A program made the translations under genes and the position numbers. Source: the human T2T-CHM13v2.0 reference genome, Homo sapiens. From it: DNA of 64,000 nucleotides. Numbering within the stretch: position 1 is the stretch's first letter; each line of letters opens with the position of its first letter. The notes below the pieces were generated by a model. The model was not told the origin of the DNA. It worked only from the letters and a program-made list of their open reading frames with translations, and did no database searches. Shown one piece after another: positions 29,124-44,177 of the stretch. Where the stretch lies: assembly GCF_009914755.1 (NCBI RefSeq), contig NC_060934.1; one strand, written 5' to 3'.

Positions 29124-31277
29124 CTGAGAGAGAAACATCATCATGAGGTGTTAGGCTTTTAACATTCAATCTATTGAAATAAATATTAGTTATTAGTTAG
29201 TTAGGTGAGACTATTTTCCTCCATTTTGGGAGTTAGTTGTATTAATGCAAGTTGTAAGCACCATGAGGTTTGCCATATTTCTCTTTTCTTATTGCTACAT
29301 AAAATATTAAATAAAAACATTTGGGGGTAGCGCAGATAAACTTATTTTTATAAAAAGATAATGCTATTTAAATAAAGAGCAATTAGACTTTGAAGTTGAC
29401 CTTCACATTTTTGCAAGTTTATAATGGGCATTGTATTAAACATGCCATTGCCAATTGGGGCAAAAGATTATATTGTTTTGGGAAGTCACTTAAATGACAT
29501 ATTTTATGAACTTTATTTGTTCTTCTAAAGTGTCATTTAATCTTCAGTAGTTAGTATAACTCTAGCAGATGCTGTTAAAAATATAAGACATTTTTAAATT
29601 TTATATGTAATAATAAACTGCCTGCCTGTGGTTGTAAGACCATGTGATATTCATAAATGACATGAAGATTCCCATTCATTGCTTTCTATCTCTGGTGGTC
29701 ATCTGATAAGCTCCTTATTTTTGCTACCTGGTCTTAGCAAGACAACTCCTCAATGAAGGGCACTAAGGGCAATATAATTAAATAGCTGAAAATGGGGAAA
29801 CTGCGGGTGAGGGTGGGGAAATATAAGAGTTGCCTTCAATAGCCTGAATGGCCCCCCATGGGAGAGGGATGGACTTGTCTCCAGAAGCAGAGTAAGGACC
29901 ACTGCTGGGAGCTACAGGGAGATCAGCTTTGGTTCACTCTGTATAAGGCAGAACTTTCTGTGAATTCGAAATGACAAACAATGGGACAGGCTGCATTAGG
30001 GACAATTAGAAGAAATGTTGAGGCAAAGGCTTCAGCCTATCTTTCAGCATGTTCTCAGGATAATTCCTGCTATCGATGAGGTTGACCAGATCATATCTAT
30101 GGCCCTTTCCAACTCTATGCTTAAAACTAAGGGAGAAAGATAAATGTGGAGCAGCGTCATCAGAATGATGCCCATTAATAAATAATTTACCTAACCCTAT
30201 AGACATATACTGCACAGTCATTTTCATTACGTGAAGCTCTCTGCATGTTTAAATGGGCGTGTACACATTTGTGGGGAGACAGAAATCATGGACACAGGCA
30301 GAAAAGAGCTGAATAGCAATCTCAGTGAAGACAGCAAGAAAAAAAGAAACATTTAAATGAAAATTTAGAAAATTAAGATGTACAAAACTAGTGCACGCAG
30401 CCTAAGGTTGAGACTTGGTAACAGCCTAGGATGCCACATGTCACACTTGTTTGGAAATCTCTTATGAAACACAAAGAGGGACCAACAGTTTCTCCAACAG
30501 AGATTTCTCTGAATCATGTTATCATCTTCAAGACAGATAAACAGGAGGAATGACTATTATACATGAACATATAAATTGGCTTGGCTTTATCCATTGTGGC
30601 ATATGGAACATTGCAAAGACGATTAATTGATCACTAATAAGTAGGGTTTGGACTTCTTTCTGTGTGCTAGAATATTTTGTTTTAGTGGAGGGATGTTGGG
30701 TGCGAATAGAGAATTAAAGCAGAGACTCACAGAGAGAAAAGGAAGTTATTTTTAGAAGCTGAATCACACACAAAAAAGATTTAAAAAAAAAAAAGAGGAA
30801 GAAGTTGAATCACAGAATATTCCAGTAAGAATGGATGTTAAAGCTATGGCACCATAGTCATGTCACATTATGGATGGGCAAGCCAAAGCCCACAGAAGTG
30901 ATGCAACTTGTCAAAAGTCCCACAAATTGGCAGATTTAACCCCAGATCTTGAGTTTCAAAGCTCAGAAAAGGACACCCTCCACTACCCCATCCATTCCTT
31001 TGGTCTAACCTCACTTCTCCTCCACCTGGTTCCCTTGAATGACTGTGCTGTCATGTGTATTTGCTTTTTGTTAAAGATCCCCAGGGATTGAAACACAAAT
31101 TGTCAAGAATGATCCACTGCATATCAGCTTAATGCCAGGGGCTTAATTATTTTTGTCCAACAAATCTCTTTTCTGGTATGTTACCCCTTTGACTTGTTTC
31201 ATTGTGCATTAACAGAAGGAACTCTCCTTCTATGTGCTCACATCTTAGTATAGTCTCCTGGGATAACCCATTCTCTA

Positions 31278-31598
31278 GGCCAGGCATGGTGGCTCACGCC
31301 TGTAATCCCAGTACTTTGGGAGGCTGAGGCAGACGGATCACCTGAGGTTCAGGAGTTCTAGACCAGCCTGGCCAACATGGCGAAACCCCATCTCTACTAA
31401 AAATACAAAAAAAATTAGCCAGGCATGGTGGCAGGTGCCTGTAATTCCAGCTACTAGGGAGGCTGGGCCAGGAGAATCACTTGAATCCAAGAGGTGTAGG
31501 TTGCAGCGAACCAAGATCATGCCATTGCACTCCAGCCTGGTTGACTGGAGCAAAACTCCATCTCAGAAAAAAAAAAAGAAAGAAACAAAAAAAGAAAA
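31278..31598 (+). mobile_element. AluS (intron 17)
   Basis: Full Alu with TSD aacccattctct. Confidence 0.95.
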
Positions 31599-32886
31599 CC
31601 CATTCTCTCATAAGCTAAATCTCTTCCTGCCTCCAAAGTTTCCTAGTCCGTTTAATGCACAGTGGACACATCAAACTTCCCAATGTCCTTGCTGAAAAGC
31701 CTATATAAAATAAAATAAAAATCCTTTACCCTGGCCATCAAGGATTTCCTCTGACCTAGCTACAACCCACTTTCCAACAATATTTTCCATGCCTCCTTTA
31801 CCTTTTTGAATCCCCTTCATGTTTTGGATTCCTACAAATAATTACTGTATGTTTTAGTTTCTAGAATCCTACATAGCTGCACATCTCTGTGACTAAAGTA
31901 TCACTTTTCAGGGGGAGTGGCAGGATTTAAGTATGTTTTATTTTGATTTCCTAAACACCTACTACTGGTTCTATCATGTGATACTACTACATAAATATTC
32001 ATTGATTGGTTAAACAAATAAAGGAATAAAGTGCTTGCACATCTGCCAAGTTCACTGCAAATCTAAGGACTACTTAATATTCATATAAAGTCTGATTATA
32101 ATGAAATAGATTGTTTAAAGCAAATAAGAATTGGGCATTGTGTCAATTACATAATTACATGATATCACCTTATATTTGCACACAGCTTCAGAGTTTGCAA
32201 AGCTTTCCCACATGCAATATCTCTTTCCCTTCTTACCACAACCCTGGGAGATTATTATGGCAGGGCGAATCATGCTTATCTGACAGATAATGAACCTCTC
32301 TAAACCTCAGAGTCTTCATCTATTAGGGGAACAAAAACATCTGCCCTAGGAGAATTGTGATGGTCAAGTGTGTGACAGTATTGAGCAAACTTGCAAAAAA
32401 TGACGAGTTCTGTGCAAACCAAAGAATGTGTTATGATCCCTCATTTTGGGGGAGGTGAAGATCTTCAGGGTGCAAAGTAAAAAACGTTCAGTATTTTTCA
32501 ACCTAGAGATTCACGTTGAAATTGGGGGAAAGTTACTTGATACATTTCAGAACAATTGATTTAGTGGTCCATTTCTCTACTTACTGAACATAAACAATAA
32601 CAGAAAATGTTATATCTCACAATCAATTATTTGCAATAAAGCCAAATACGATGGTGTGCATTTAGCTGAAAGCATGGGACATGGAGCAAAGCCTGGTTAG
32701 CATATTTCTTTTAAGCTTAGCCGTGCAGGACAACCGTATGGCACTTACACAAAAATTATTACTTTAGCAAAACTATGTTGAGACAGCAAAATGTCAAAAA
32801 AAAGTTCTAAAGACAGTCGATACATTCTTAATAAGATAATATTAGCTAGGAAGATATAACAGAGAGCAAAATTACGAAGCATAAAC

Positions 32887-32925
32887 CTGTATATGATGCA
32901 GCCCCAGTTCCCGAAGATGAGAAAT
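32887..32925 (-). CDS. MYOF: Exon 17 (39 nt), alternative cassette (D)FSSSGTGAASYT
   Basis: TATAG|ATT ... CAG|GTTTAT; phase 1-1 symmetric; matches the 13-aa difference between long and short myoferlin isoforms as I recall them. Confidence 0.93.
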
Positions 32926-33880
32926 CTATATAGTAAAAATATGACTGGTTAAACAAGAAGAACACGGGCATTATAAAACAGACATTGAAAACGTTAATCA
33001 AATCCAGTGCCAGGTATGTGATTTAGCAACACCAGAAAAATCCCAAATTCAGACCCAAGTCACATATGACCCTTTTGTAATGTATACAATTCTCATCGGT
33101 TAAATGCAAAATGACCCGGGCAGAACCACCACACATGAATAACTCAATCTCACCCAGCACCAAGGCAGCCAGGAAGCAGAAGAGCTAGCTTCCCGGGGAC
33201 AGAGGGGGCCTGGCGAAGTTACCAGCATTTCACGTTTTTAATAAAACATTTACTTATCTTACGGCTTAGTTGGGACCAACATCAGAAAATCCAAGTAAAT
33301 GTGGTCTGAGGCTGTGTAAGCAAAGGCCTGGAGTTTATTGCACATTATTTGATTGAAAGCATGGTTTGTTTCTTTGTCGGGGGGAGGGCGATGTTGACAG
33401 CTCGTTGTTATTTTAAGGCCCTGTAACCCCATGGTCTGCAGGGCCTGCAATGAGAGGCCCCAGAGACAGAAGCTAAAACTGCTTGTAGCAATCTCTGTTT
33501 TTAGTTCTTCTGGATGTTACCACCATGTCACTAAGCAAAATGCTTATGCCACTATTTCTGAATAATTATCTTTAGATATTATTTAATGACTTCTCATGAA
33601 TAATGGATTTCAGTCATCTTTACCCTCCCCCCATATAGTTCCAGCATGATTTTTATTTCGTGTAATGGTCACCTTTGTGATTCCATCTATAGTCATATTT
33701 AGATTCCTGACTTGAAGAGAAGAGACTATTAGCACCCCTGCCCTACCTCCACTCCCCTTCCTCCTTCTGCTTCTCATCTCTATCTTCCACACTTTTACAC
33801 TGTAATGGGTGATGACATCTACACTTTGTTCAGAGCTTTGGCTATAGGTTAAATTTTAAAAATCAAAATACAATAAATAG

Positions 33881-34730
<850 letters not shown>

Positions 34731-35132
34731 ACCACCTCGTCTTCTGATTGCTTTTTTTTTTCACTTCTGGAGAGAGGAAATCTATATGTTCTTCACCATA
34801 TCTCTAATACCTTCTTTACCTTCTCTCTAATATCTAATACTATATATACATACATATAGTGTGTATATATATATGCATGTATATATAGTATTATATGTAT
34901 ATATATAATAACCAGGTTCTTATTTATGTTATCCATTGCTTGAATTAACAATGTTTTTTCAAAACCTATAAAAAGACCTTAAACAAGATAAGGATGAGAG
35001 GAACCTTGAGTTGCCCAAGATAAAATTTTGTCTCAAAGTCTCTCACTTTGTTTCATGTGTTTAATCTCTCAATATATTTAATCTATTGGCAATTACAATA
35101 ATTTTTGTTTTGGTCACAAAAAATAAGCTCCT

Positions 35133-35485
<353 letters not shown>

Positions 35486-36112
35486 TCATTCCCTGTTACA
35501 ATTTCTGGCATATGCACAAAACCATAATGCCAGGTATAGGCAAATAGTTCTCAAGAAAATTGTTTGGAAAACAACAGAAAGAACAATGTGTTGGCTATCA
35601 ATGCTTGTCAGAGTAAAGACCAAATACACATTATCTTAGGGAGTGAGGACTACATGGTTCATTGGCATCTGACCTTACTGTTCCTGCCAAGGGATTCGGT
35701 TGAGAAGGGAGTATTATTTTATATTTGGGTGGACTTGGGTCAATGCCACTCTAAAAAATAAGGTGCTAGCTCTCTGTATTGACACAAAAATTTCATAAAA
35801 CCGCTATTGGGAAAGAAGTTTTGGATGGGAGCAAGAAAGCTGAAAATCTTCAAACTGTAAATTTCATTTTTTTCTAAAAGTTTACAATATATGCATACTA
35901 GATTATGATTTTAGCAGTTTACTTATATACTTCAATGATTAATTGTTTTGCAGGCCATCACCAAAACATCATTGAAATGGTTCACTAGGTTCATCACATT
36001 TGGCTTCTAAGAAACCAAACCTACTGTGAGGTGGCTACCCCAGTTCATTTTTTTCTCAGACTGGAGAAAAGTTCTGTATCCAGTCTTGTTCTAGATCTGT
36101 TGAGTGACTTAC

Positions 36113-36195
36113 CTTCCACTTCCCCACCAGAGGCAGCAATTTTAGAGAGGTGTAGATATGTTGTTCCAACTACATCATTTTTAGTAAGACGGTCC
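36113..36195 (-). CDS. MYOF: Exon 16 (83 nt) (W)DRLTKNDVVGTTYLHLSKIAASGGEVE
   Basis: CAG|GGAC ... AAG|GTAAGT. Confidence 0.96.
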
Positions 36196-37217
36196 CTGTG
36201 TAAAAAATAAAAATAAAAAAATAAAAAATAAAAGGTTCAGAGCTCCATCTAGGAAGATATGTCTTCATTTCAACAATTAAAAAAAAGTTAGAGCTGGAAA
36301 ATACCCCAGACTTCAGAAATAATCACGTCTAGTGGGCCTCAAACTTTATTGTACTTAGTAATCAACTAGAGACTTCTCACCCTCATCTCCTGCCCACATT
36401 TTTAATTCAATAAGCCTAGAGTGGGGACTAAGAATTTGCATTTATAAGTGTATCCCAATTGATTCTGATACAGATGGTCCTCCAGTCACCCTTTGGAAAC
36501 ACTGGTCTAGTAAGGTAATTTATTCTGAAGTTATGAAATTGCAATTGTACAGAGAGGCCAAGAGATGTGCCTATGGCTACACTCAATACCATTGTCATAA
36601 AATGAATTAATCAATTATAGGCACATTACATAATTATGATTGTGATGATCATGATGATGGTAACGATATTTGTCATGTTTCCACTGTCAGGGAGCTAAGG
36701 GTGCCTGCTGAATGCTACATCCAACTAGAACATTCCAAGAATGGTCTTGTTATGGCCAATCAGTGCTAGAAGGCTGGTCTACTAAAAATTCTATCAGAAC
36801 ATTTCAAGGACTTTTCCTTGCCTTCATTGAGGTAGTTTTACCATTTTCTTTTTAAACAATAACAATGAATTGCTCTCAGAATGTTTTGGTGATTCTTCCC
36901 AAGAAATGCTTGACTGTATTTCTGAAGTCTATTCTGGACAGCCTAATGATAATTAAATCCCTGATTTCTTATCTTGGGGCATTTTCAGCACGTTCCCCTT
37001 CTTTTGTTTATGAGCAGTTGAACCGAAATAATCGAAGCTTTTTTTGCAGTAACACTATTATTAAATTTTGTTTTAAGAAACACCCGGTTCCAGGAGCAAT
37101 TTATCCTCTCCTCTGGAAGGAAAGCAAAATACCAGAAAGAGACAATCCAGAGTAATGTTTCACAATATCCAATGTTTATTTTATGTTGAATTAGACACAT
37201 ACGTATTTTCAACTCAC

Positions 37218-37261
37218 CAGTCATATATTGTTAGTTTTATTTTTTCACACACTGAAGGAAA
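37218..37261 (-). CDS. MYOF: Exon 15 (44 nt) FPSVCEKIKLTIYD(W)
   Basis: TAG|TTT ... CTG|GTGAGT; follows a 97-nt intron. Confidence 0.96.
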
Positions 37262-37358
37262 CTAAAAAAATGAGACAGAAAAAAGTAGTTATTTCTCAAT
37301 GATTTAGTAATTATTAAGTAAGTATTCTTACTTTTTCAGAAAGAAAATAAAGTCAAAC

Positions 37359-37427
37359 CTTGATCTGAAGATTGACGACCTGATTCCACTCTGGGTTTGC
37401 ATTTTTCTCAATTATGTTTGTACAAAC
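37359..37427 (-). CDS. MYOF: Exon 14 (69 nt) VCTNIIEKNANPEWNQVVNLQIK
   Basis: CAG|GTT ... AAG|GTTTGA. Confidence 0.96.
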
Positions 37428-39361
37428 CTGTAAAATCACCAAAGCAAAAGTGTAGGTTTTCAAGTTTCTAATTTCTAAAAGTTTACAATCTATGCATACT
37501 AGATTATGACTTTAGCAGTTTACTTATATACTTAGGAACCTGGTTAAACTTTATTTTTCTTGATGATTTGTAAAATATGACATGGGTTTAATATTAATCA
37601 TTGCTGTTTCGAGGCACTAGGAGCTTGCTTTTAACCTTTTTTTAATTAGTTTTCAATTGTCAGGCTTCTAACATTAGATTAATGTAAAAAAGCAAGAGAT
37701 AAGGTTGATAGAGCATTTGTTACATACCGTTTGGGAAGCATCTACCATTAACACATCCAGACAGATCTTTTGACCCTGCCCGCCAGCCTCCCTGCCCTCT
37801 ACCCCAAACTGACTCTTGTTCCAGTCTTTCCATCGCTCTTCATTCAGGTGGTCAGGCTCAGAACCAGAATCAGCCACACCCTGACACTTCCGTCTTCAAG
37901 CAGATCCTGGAATGTCTTCAAGCCGATCCTGAAATGTTTCTCCCCAGGACACCTGCGGTTGTCTATCTGAACTCCACACCCTCTCTTGCCTCCTGACTTT
38001 CATGTCACTTCTGTGTAACATCTTCAGGGGGCCCTCAAAGTACACTTCAAATAAAGCCCCAATCCTTCACTGGGCTGATGAAGCCCTACTGTCCCAACCC
38101 TACTTCTCACTGACCTCCTAGTTTTCCCCGCTTGCTGGCTCTATCGCAGCCACATGGGCAGGCCTTCCCTGCTAACATTTTCTTCCTTGGGGCCCTTCCA
38201 TCGCCCTTCTCCCTGCCTGGATGCCTCCCTCCCCGTTCCCTGCATATCCAGGCCTCTGCTCAACTGTCACTTTCTCCAGGAGTCTCACCTGATAACCTGG
38301 ATAAACACTCCTCCCCTGCACCAATCACTTCTTGTCCCTGCTTTGTTTTCTTTGTAGCACTGGGCACCATTTAAAATTATTCAGTTTCTTGTTTGCTTGT
38401 TTATTGTCTGTCTCTTCTATTCCCATGTGTTCGTTTCTATATCCCAGCACATGGGACAGAATCTGGTACTTAATGACTTTTTGAATGAATCAAACCTCTC
38501 AACAATCCTGTGATTATTATTATCTCCCTTTATAGTTCAGGAAATGGAAACTCAGAGGGTAAACGATTTGCCTGCCTATGAAGTGGGGTAAAGCCTGAAT
38601 TTAATTCAGGCCTCATTTTGCCCCAGAGCTGAAGGCTTTTCTACCACACCCACTGAATCTTTTAGAAAAAAGCACCAGTCATATGTGTATGTGTATGTGG
38701 TTTGCCGAATCTTGCTTTCATAATTATATGGTTCGAACACATAAAAGATGCTAGTTCTTTTTGTCTATAACTGTCCATGATGTGCTATTATTCTACTGTA
38801 GAATCTCACCCAACTCTCAACTCTCTAATCTTTGACCATCTCTGTAGGTAAAAGTGGTGGTTATAGCTGTCCCTACACCAAGAGTCTCCCAGATATTTTC
38901 AGGGGAGTGGGATGGGGCTTCCCTGACCCATTCTCTGGTTTCAACAGTTTACTGGGGCATGGAAGGTGAGAAACATGACAGGAAGGGGCAACAGGGCACT
39001 GGGGGGGGTCTCTGTCCTACAACATTTACCAGGGATGGGTGTGGCTGGCCAGAGAGCTTGCCTAAGGTTAAGATAACGTTTGGACCTGAAAAGCAATTCC
39101 AGAAATTCAGTGGTAGCCTTCCCTATTTTAATCTCTCAAAAGATTGAATTTTCTAATTTGTGTTCTGCATACTTTCCACTCCAAAATAAACCTGTGGAGA
39201 AGTCTGGCGTGTTCAGACTCAGATAATCTGTGTTCCCTCAGAGTGCCTGGCTCATCAGGGGGCTATTTTAACAAAGAGTAAGCAGGAATTCACTCCAAGG
39301 AAAGCACAGTAGTTTTAGATATTTATTACTAGCAGCATCTGCATTTAGATCATGTACAAAC

Positions 39362-39465
39362 CTTTTTTCCAGCAAAGGAAACTTCTACAAAAGGATCCAC
39401 GAGATTTTTCTTATCTGCATTGCCTCCAAATATTTCCTTTACTGTCTGTGAGAAGGCATCATCCA
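39362..39465 (-). CDS. MYOF: Exon 13 (104 nt) (M)[14 protein letters not shown]...VSFAGKK, C2C
   Basis: CAG|TG ... AAG|GTTTGT. Confidence 0.96.
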
Positions 39466-39561
39466 CTGGAAGGTAATAGTTATACAGCAGAAATTAAATT
39501 CAATTCCCAGAAATTTGGCAAAATTTTAAAAGTTCTCTTATACATCAAAATAGTTGCAACA

Positions 39562-40025
<464 letters not shown>

Positions 40026-40279
40026 ACTTGATCTTTTATGGAGGAAAAAAAATACAACAAAGTTCATTCAGTGAGAGTAAAAGATGATTCTCAAACTCAG
40101 GCCTGCTTTCAATTGGGAGAAAGGTGCTCTAGGTCAAAATGATATAGTCCTAGTCTGTTTCAGAGAAATTCAAGAAAATTTGACATAATCACAAATAATA
40201 TATTTAATCAACTACAATCTATAGTTAAGCTAAAAAGTAAATAGAGATCAGGATTTTAATTTACCTTATTTTATGTATT

Positions 40280-41008
<729 letters not shown>

Positions 41009-41386
41009 TAGCTGGATAGCAAACACCTTGATTTGATAATAACAGTTCACATTTTCATTTGGGATAAAAGGGGTTGGAAGTGCTGACTGCTCATATCTCT
41101 TTAGCATCCTCTAGAATAAAGAGAAGATATAGAATAGCAAGAGAGAGAGTCAAATGGGCCAAAGGCAGGTACTCAACAAGGAACATGATCAGCAACCAAC
41201 TAGCTGTGCCATGAGCCTGCTCAGGTAGCTTTCAACTGGGCCAGAATGAATGAAAATAAGCCCATGAAGCCCTTTCAGAAGAAAAACATACGATAGGGAC
41301 ACGAATCACTATTAAAGTTTGATTTTTAACACATTTCATCACACACATAATCAACAATTCTGGGGCAAGATTAAATCAGTACATAC

Positions 41387-41513
41387 TCTGGGGGATGTCC
41401 TCAGCTCGGTAGATTTTCAGCAAGAAGGTCACCCACCGGAGGGCAATGCCAGCAGGGAGTAACAAATTACTCTCCACATCATCACTGTCATTATCACGAT
41501 CTCGTCTCTCAGG
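41387..41513 (-). CDS. MYOF: Exon 12 (127 nt) PERRDRDNDSDDVESNLLLPAG...RAEDIPQ(M)
   Basis: TAG|CCT ... AGA|GTATGT; manual translation. Confidence 0.96.
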
Positions 41514-41756
41514 CTATTAGGGGCACATGATTTAAATTATACATACAGAAAAGCAGCACTTGGAAAAAGCCAAATTAATGCTTATAAAATGAAACCATTC
41601 AGAATCGTTTCCATTAAGATTTCCTGTGTTTGGGGCTTAAGAGTTCAGCCTGCCATCAGCCACCAGTTTTCCTTCAACCTCAAAACTGCTCCACAAAATC
41701 AATGCTCATGTTTTTGTATCATTCTGTCATTTTATGAGCACCAAATAGTAAGAGCC

Positions 41757-41761
<5 letters not shown>

Positions 41762-41791
<30 letters not shown>
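41762..41791. repeat. (GT)15 microsatellite
   Basis: Read directly from the sequence. Confidence 0.95.
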
Positions 41792-41792
<1 letters not shown>

Positions 41793-42190
41793 CCTGATGT
41801 CCCTTCAACTTCTCTCTGGCCACTTATATTCTGCAGTTTGCCACCCAGTTTCCTAGAATAATCACTAACTATTTAGGTAGCAATGCCTAATTCTGCAAGT
41901 AGGTCATGCTTTCTAGATAAAAGCAGTCTTTCTAATGAGGCAAGGACGTTGTAAAAACACATTCATCGATTCTCAATTAAATGCTCACTCATAGACATCA
42001 GATAAGAGTTTAAGTAAGCTAGAACAATAATTCCATGATGAAGAAAAGAACAGCTTCTGAAGAATAGGGGGAATCTGAGGGTATTGACGGGAAGCTGTGC
42101 TCCATTTCACAATTACCCATGCCCACATGCTTAACTCTTGGCCTTCTTTTTTAGTGAGAAGTGTAGAAAGTAGAGAATGTAGGGACTCAC

Positions 42191-42306
42191 AGGAGGCTCA
42201 TCTCCGGTTCCCAGGACAAACATGCTGACTTTCATATAACCTTTAGAACCTGAACTGGTATCTTCCGGGTCATTGAGAAGAAGCCACTTTCTCATGACAG
42301 CATGGC
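42191..42306 (-). CDS. MYOF: Exon 11 (116 nt) (G)[15 protein letters not shown]...GDEPP, C2B end/FerI
   Basis: TAG|GC ... CCT|GTGAGT; ORF 42131..42379. Confidence 0.97.
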
Positions 42307-42817
42307 CTAAAATAGAGAAGGAGTAAAAGGAAATGGACATGCTAAAAAGGTACTGATAAGTCTGTGATTCCTCTGCCATAAGATAAGCTGCATTTTCTTG
42401 GAAGCCTCTTCACGACACACCAAATTCCCCAGATGAGTGTCCACTTTCAGGTCTTCTGTTTTGTACTCTCCCTACACCCCACCCCCACCATTCTGTCCTC
42501 GTGTAACTCAAACAAGACTCTCTAAGTTGTACCAACGAGTTTTATAATTTAATTTTGATAAGATCAAAATATCCTCACAAAACATAGAAATCATCTATTT
42601 TGAATGTTAAGATAAAAAATTAGACATTTTTTCTAAGCTACTGTTATTTATTCCCACTAAGTATCCTCTCCTCTCCCTCATTAAGAAAATATTTTTTTAA
42701 AAATTCCTTTAACTTTAATTCTTTGATCCCCCCAAATTGTCTTGATTCTTAGAATCATCTTCAGAGTTAGAAGGAATGAATTTAAGACTTCATATTGATG
42801 GGGAGAACATTACTTAC

Positions 42818-42848
42818 CAGGTTCATCATAAACAAATCCAACATCAAT
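42818..42848 (-). CDS. MYOF: Exon 10 (31 nt) IDVGFVYDEP(G)
   Basis: CAG|ATT ... CTG|GTAAGT; required to keep the frame. Confidence 0.95.
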
Positions 42849-43980
42849 CTGGGAAAACAATAATCGAAAGTAGTCTAAGTAGATTTTAAAATCAGTCTAG
42901 TCACTTTAAAGAAGCCATCATTATATTTAAATATCATGTCTTGATTACACTTAAATTTCCTTGAGACCCAACATTTCCGTCTTATCCTCTCTGTATCCCC
43001 AGTGCCTTGTCTGATGTGTGGCACATGGAAGACCCTCAGTAAGTCACTATTGAATGAATGAGCTAGTCTTAGGGCTGGAAGGGACCACAGAAGCAGAGTG
43101 ACCAATATGACCCAGTTTGCCTGGGTTATCCTCAGTTTTACCACTAAAGTCCCAGGCAAAGTGGGACCATTGGTCATCCTACAGAAATTCACCTGGCCCA
43201 ATTTCCTGTCCAGTTCTCCTCCTCCTCCTCCTTCTCCTCCAGCTAATGCTACTATTAATATAACCATTGACTGGGCACTTCAATGTGCCAGGTGCTGTAC
43301 TAGGTGCTTTACACATACTATCTCATTTAATTTTCTCAATGATCCCATTTTACAGATGAAGAAACTAAGGATCAGAGAGATTGAGTTCCTCTGGGACATG
43401 TGGCTACTTGGTGGCAGACAGGGTATGAACACAGGTCTGCCTGACCCAGATCATCCTCTAGGACTTCTAGTGACTGGTGCTCCTTTCTTGGAGAGGCAGC
43501 CTATTCCATGTAGAATTGCTGGGAAGAAGCCAACCAAGTATTTGTCCTTTCATTCCAGTGAGAGCTACTTATAGAAGCACCCTGAACCTCTTGCCTTGTT
43601 TGGCTTTCCTTTCACACTCTGAATTTACCATAATTGGCTTTGCAGATGGAGCTTTGGGGCCCCCAGTAAGTGGAGGTAGATGGTGGACTTCTTGCCATGG
43701 TCAACACCCCTTCCCTTTGTGGCAGTGGATTTGCTTCCATCCAGATACAACCCTGGGAAGGGCCCTGATATGGCAGCTTCAGGGCATCTTGCTTTGAGAG
43801 CTCTGTTCACTGTTATACTTTGGAAATAGACAAGCCCCAAGCAGCCTTCAGCAAGTGTCATCATGCTGAACCCTTACACATTCCCAAGATGCCACCAAGA
43901 TGCGTACATAGGAATCAGATTTCTATTATGAAAGTTCTCATCTTTCTGTAAGTTGAATGAAGCAGACTGTTGTCACTCAC

Positions 43981-44031
43981 CTTAAATTCCCCCATCAGAC
44001 AATCTGCCCGCAGAGAGTGAGAATTATAAAC
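43981..44031 (-). CDS. MYOF: Exon 9 (51 nt) VYNSHSLRADCLMGEFK
   Basis: CAG|GTT ... AAG|GTGAGT; follows an 83-nt intron. Confidence 0.96.
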
Positions 44032-44114
44032 CTGGAAGAAAGAAGAGTAGTGAAGAAATGATTGGCTTTGCCTGGCAGTGAGTGAGCAGTACCTTCCTAC
44101 TTGCTGACCCTTAC

Positions 44115-44177
44115 CCGGATGCTGATGATCTCATCCATCAATTCAGAAGGGGTCATGTTGACATTGTAGAAAAACAA
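44115..44177 (-). CDS. MYOF: Exon 8 (63 nt) LFFYNVNMTPSELMDEIISIR
   Basis: CAG|TTG ... CGG|GTAAGG; manual translation. Confidence 0.96.

Noticed and set aside
43098-43574. 158-aa plus-strand ORF, and similarly 51472..51954 and 16741..17187
   Set aside because: No recognisable domain or splice support; partly MIR/LTR-derived; consistent with chance
43981-44031. Exon 9 also starts with GT (junction CGG|GTTTAT) as a second recursive-exon candidate
   Set aside because: The regenerated site is poor and exon 9's own donor AAG|GTGAGT is near-consensus; useful only as a control
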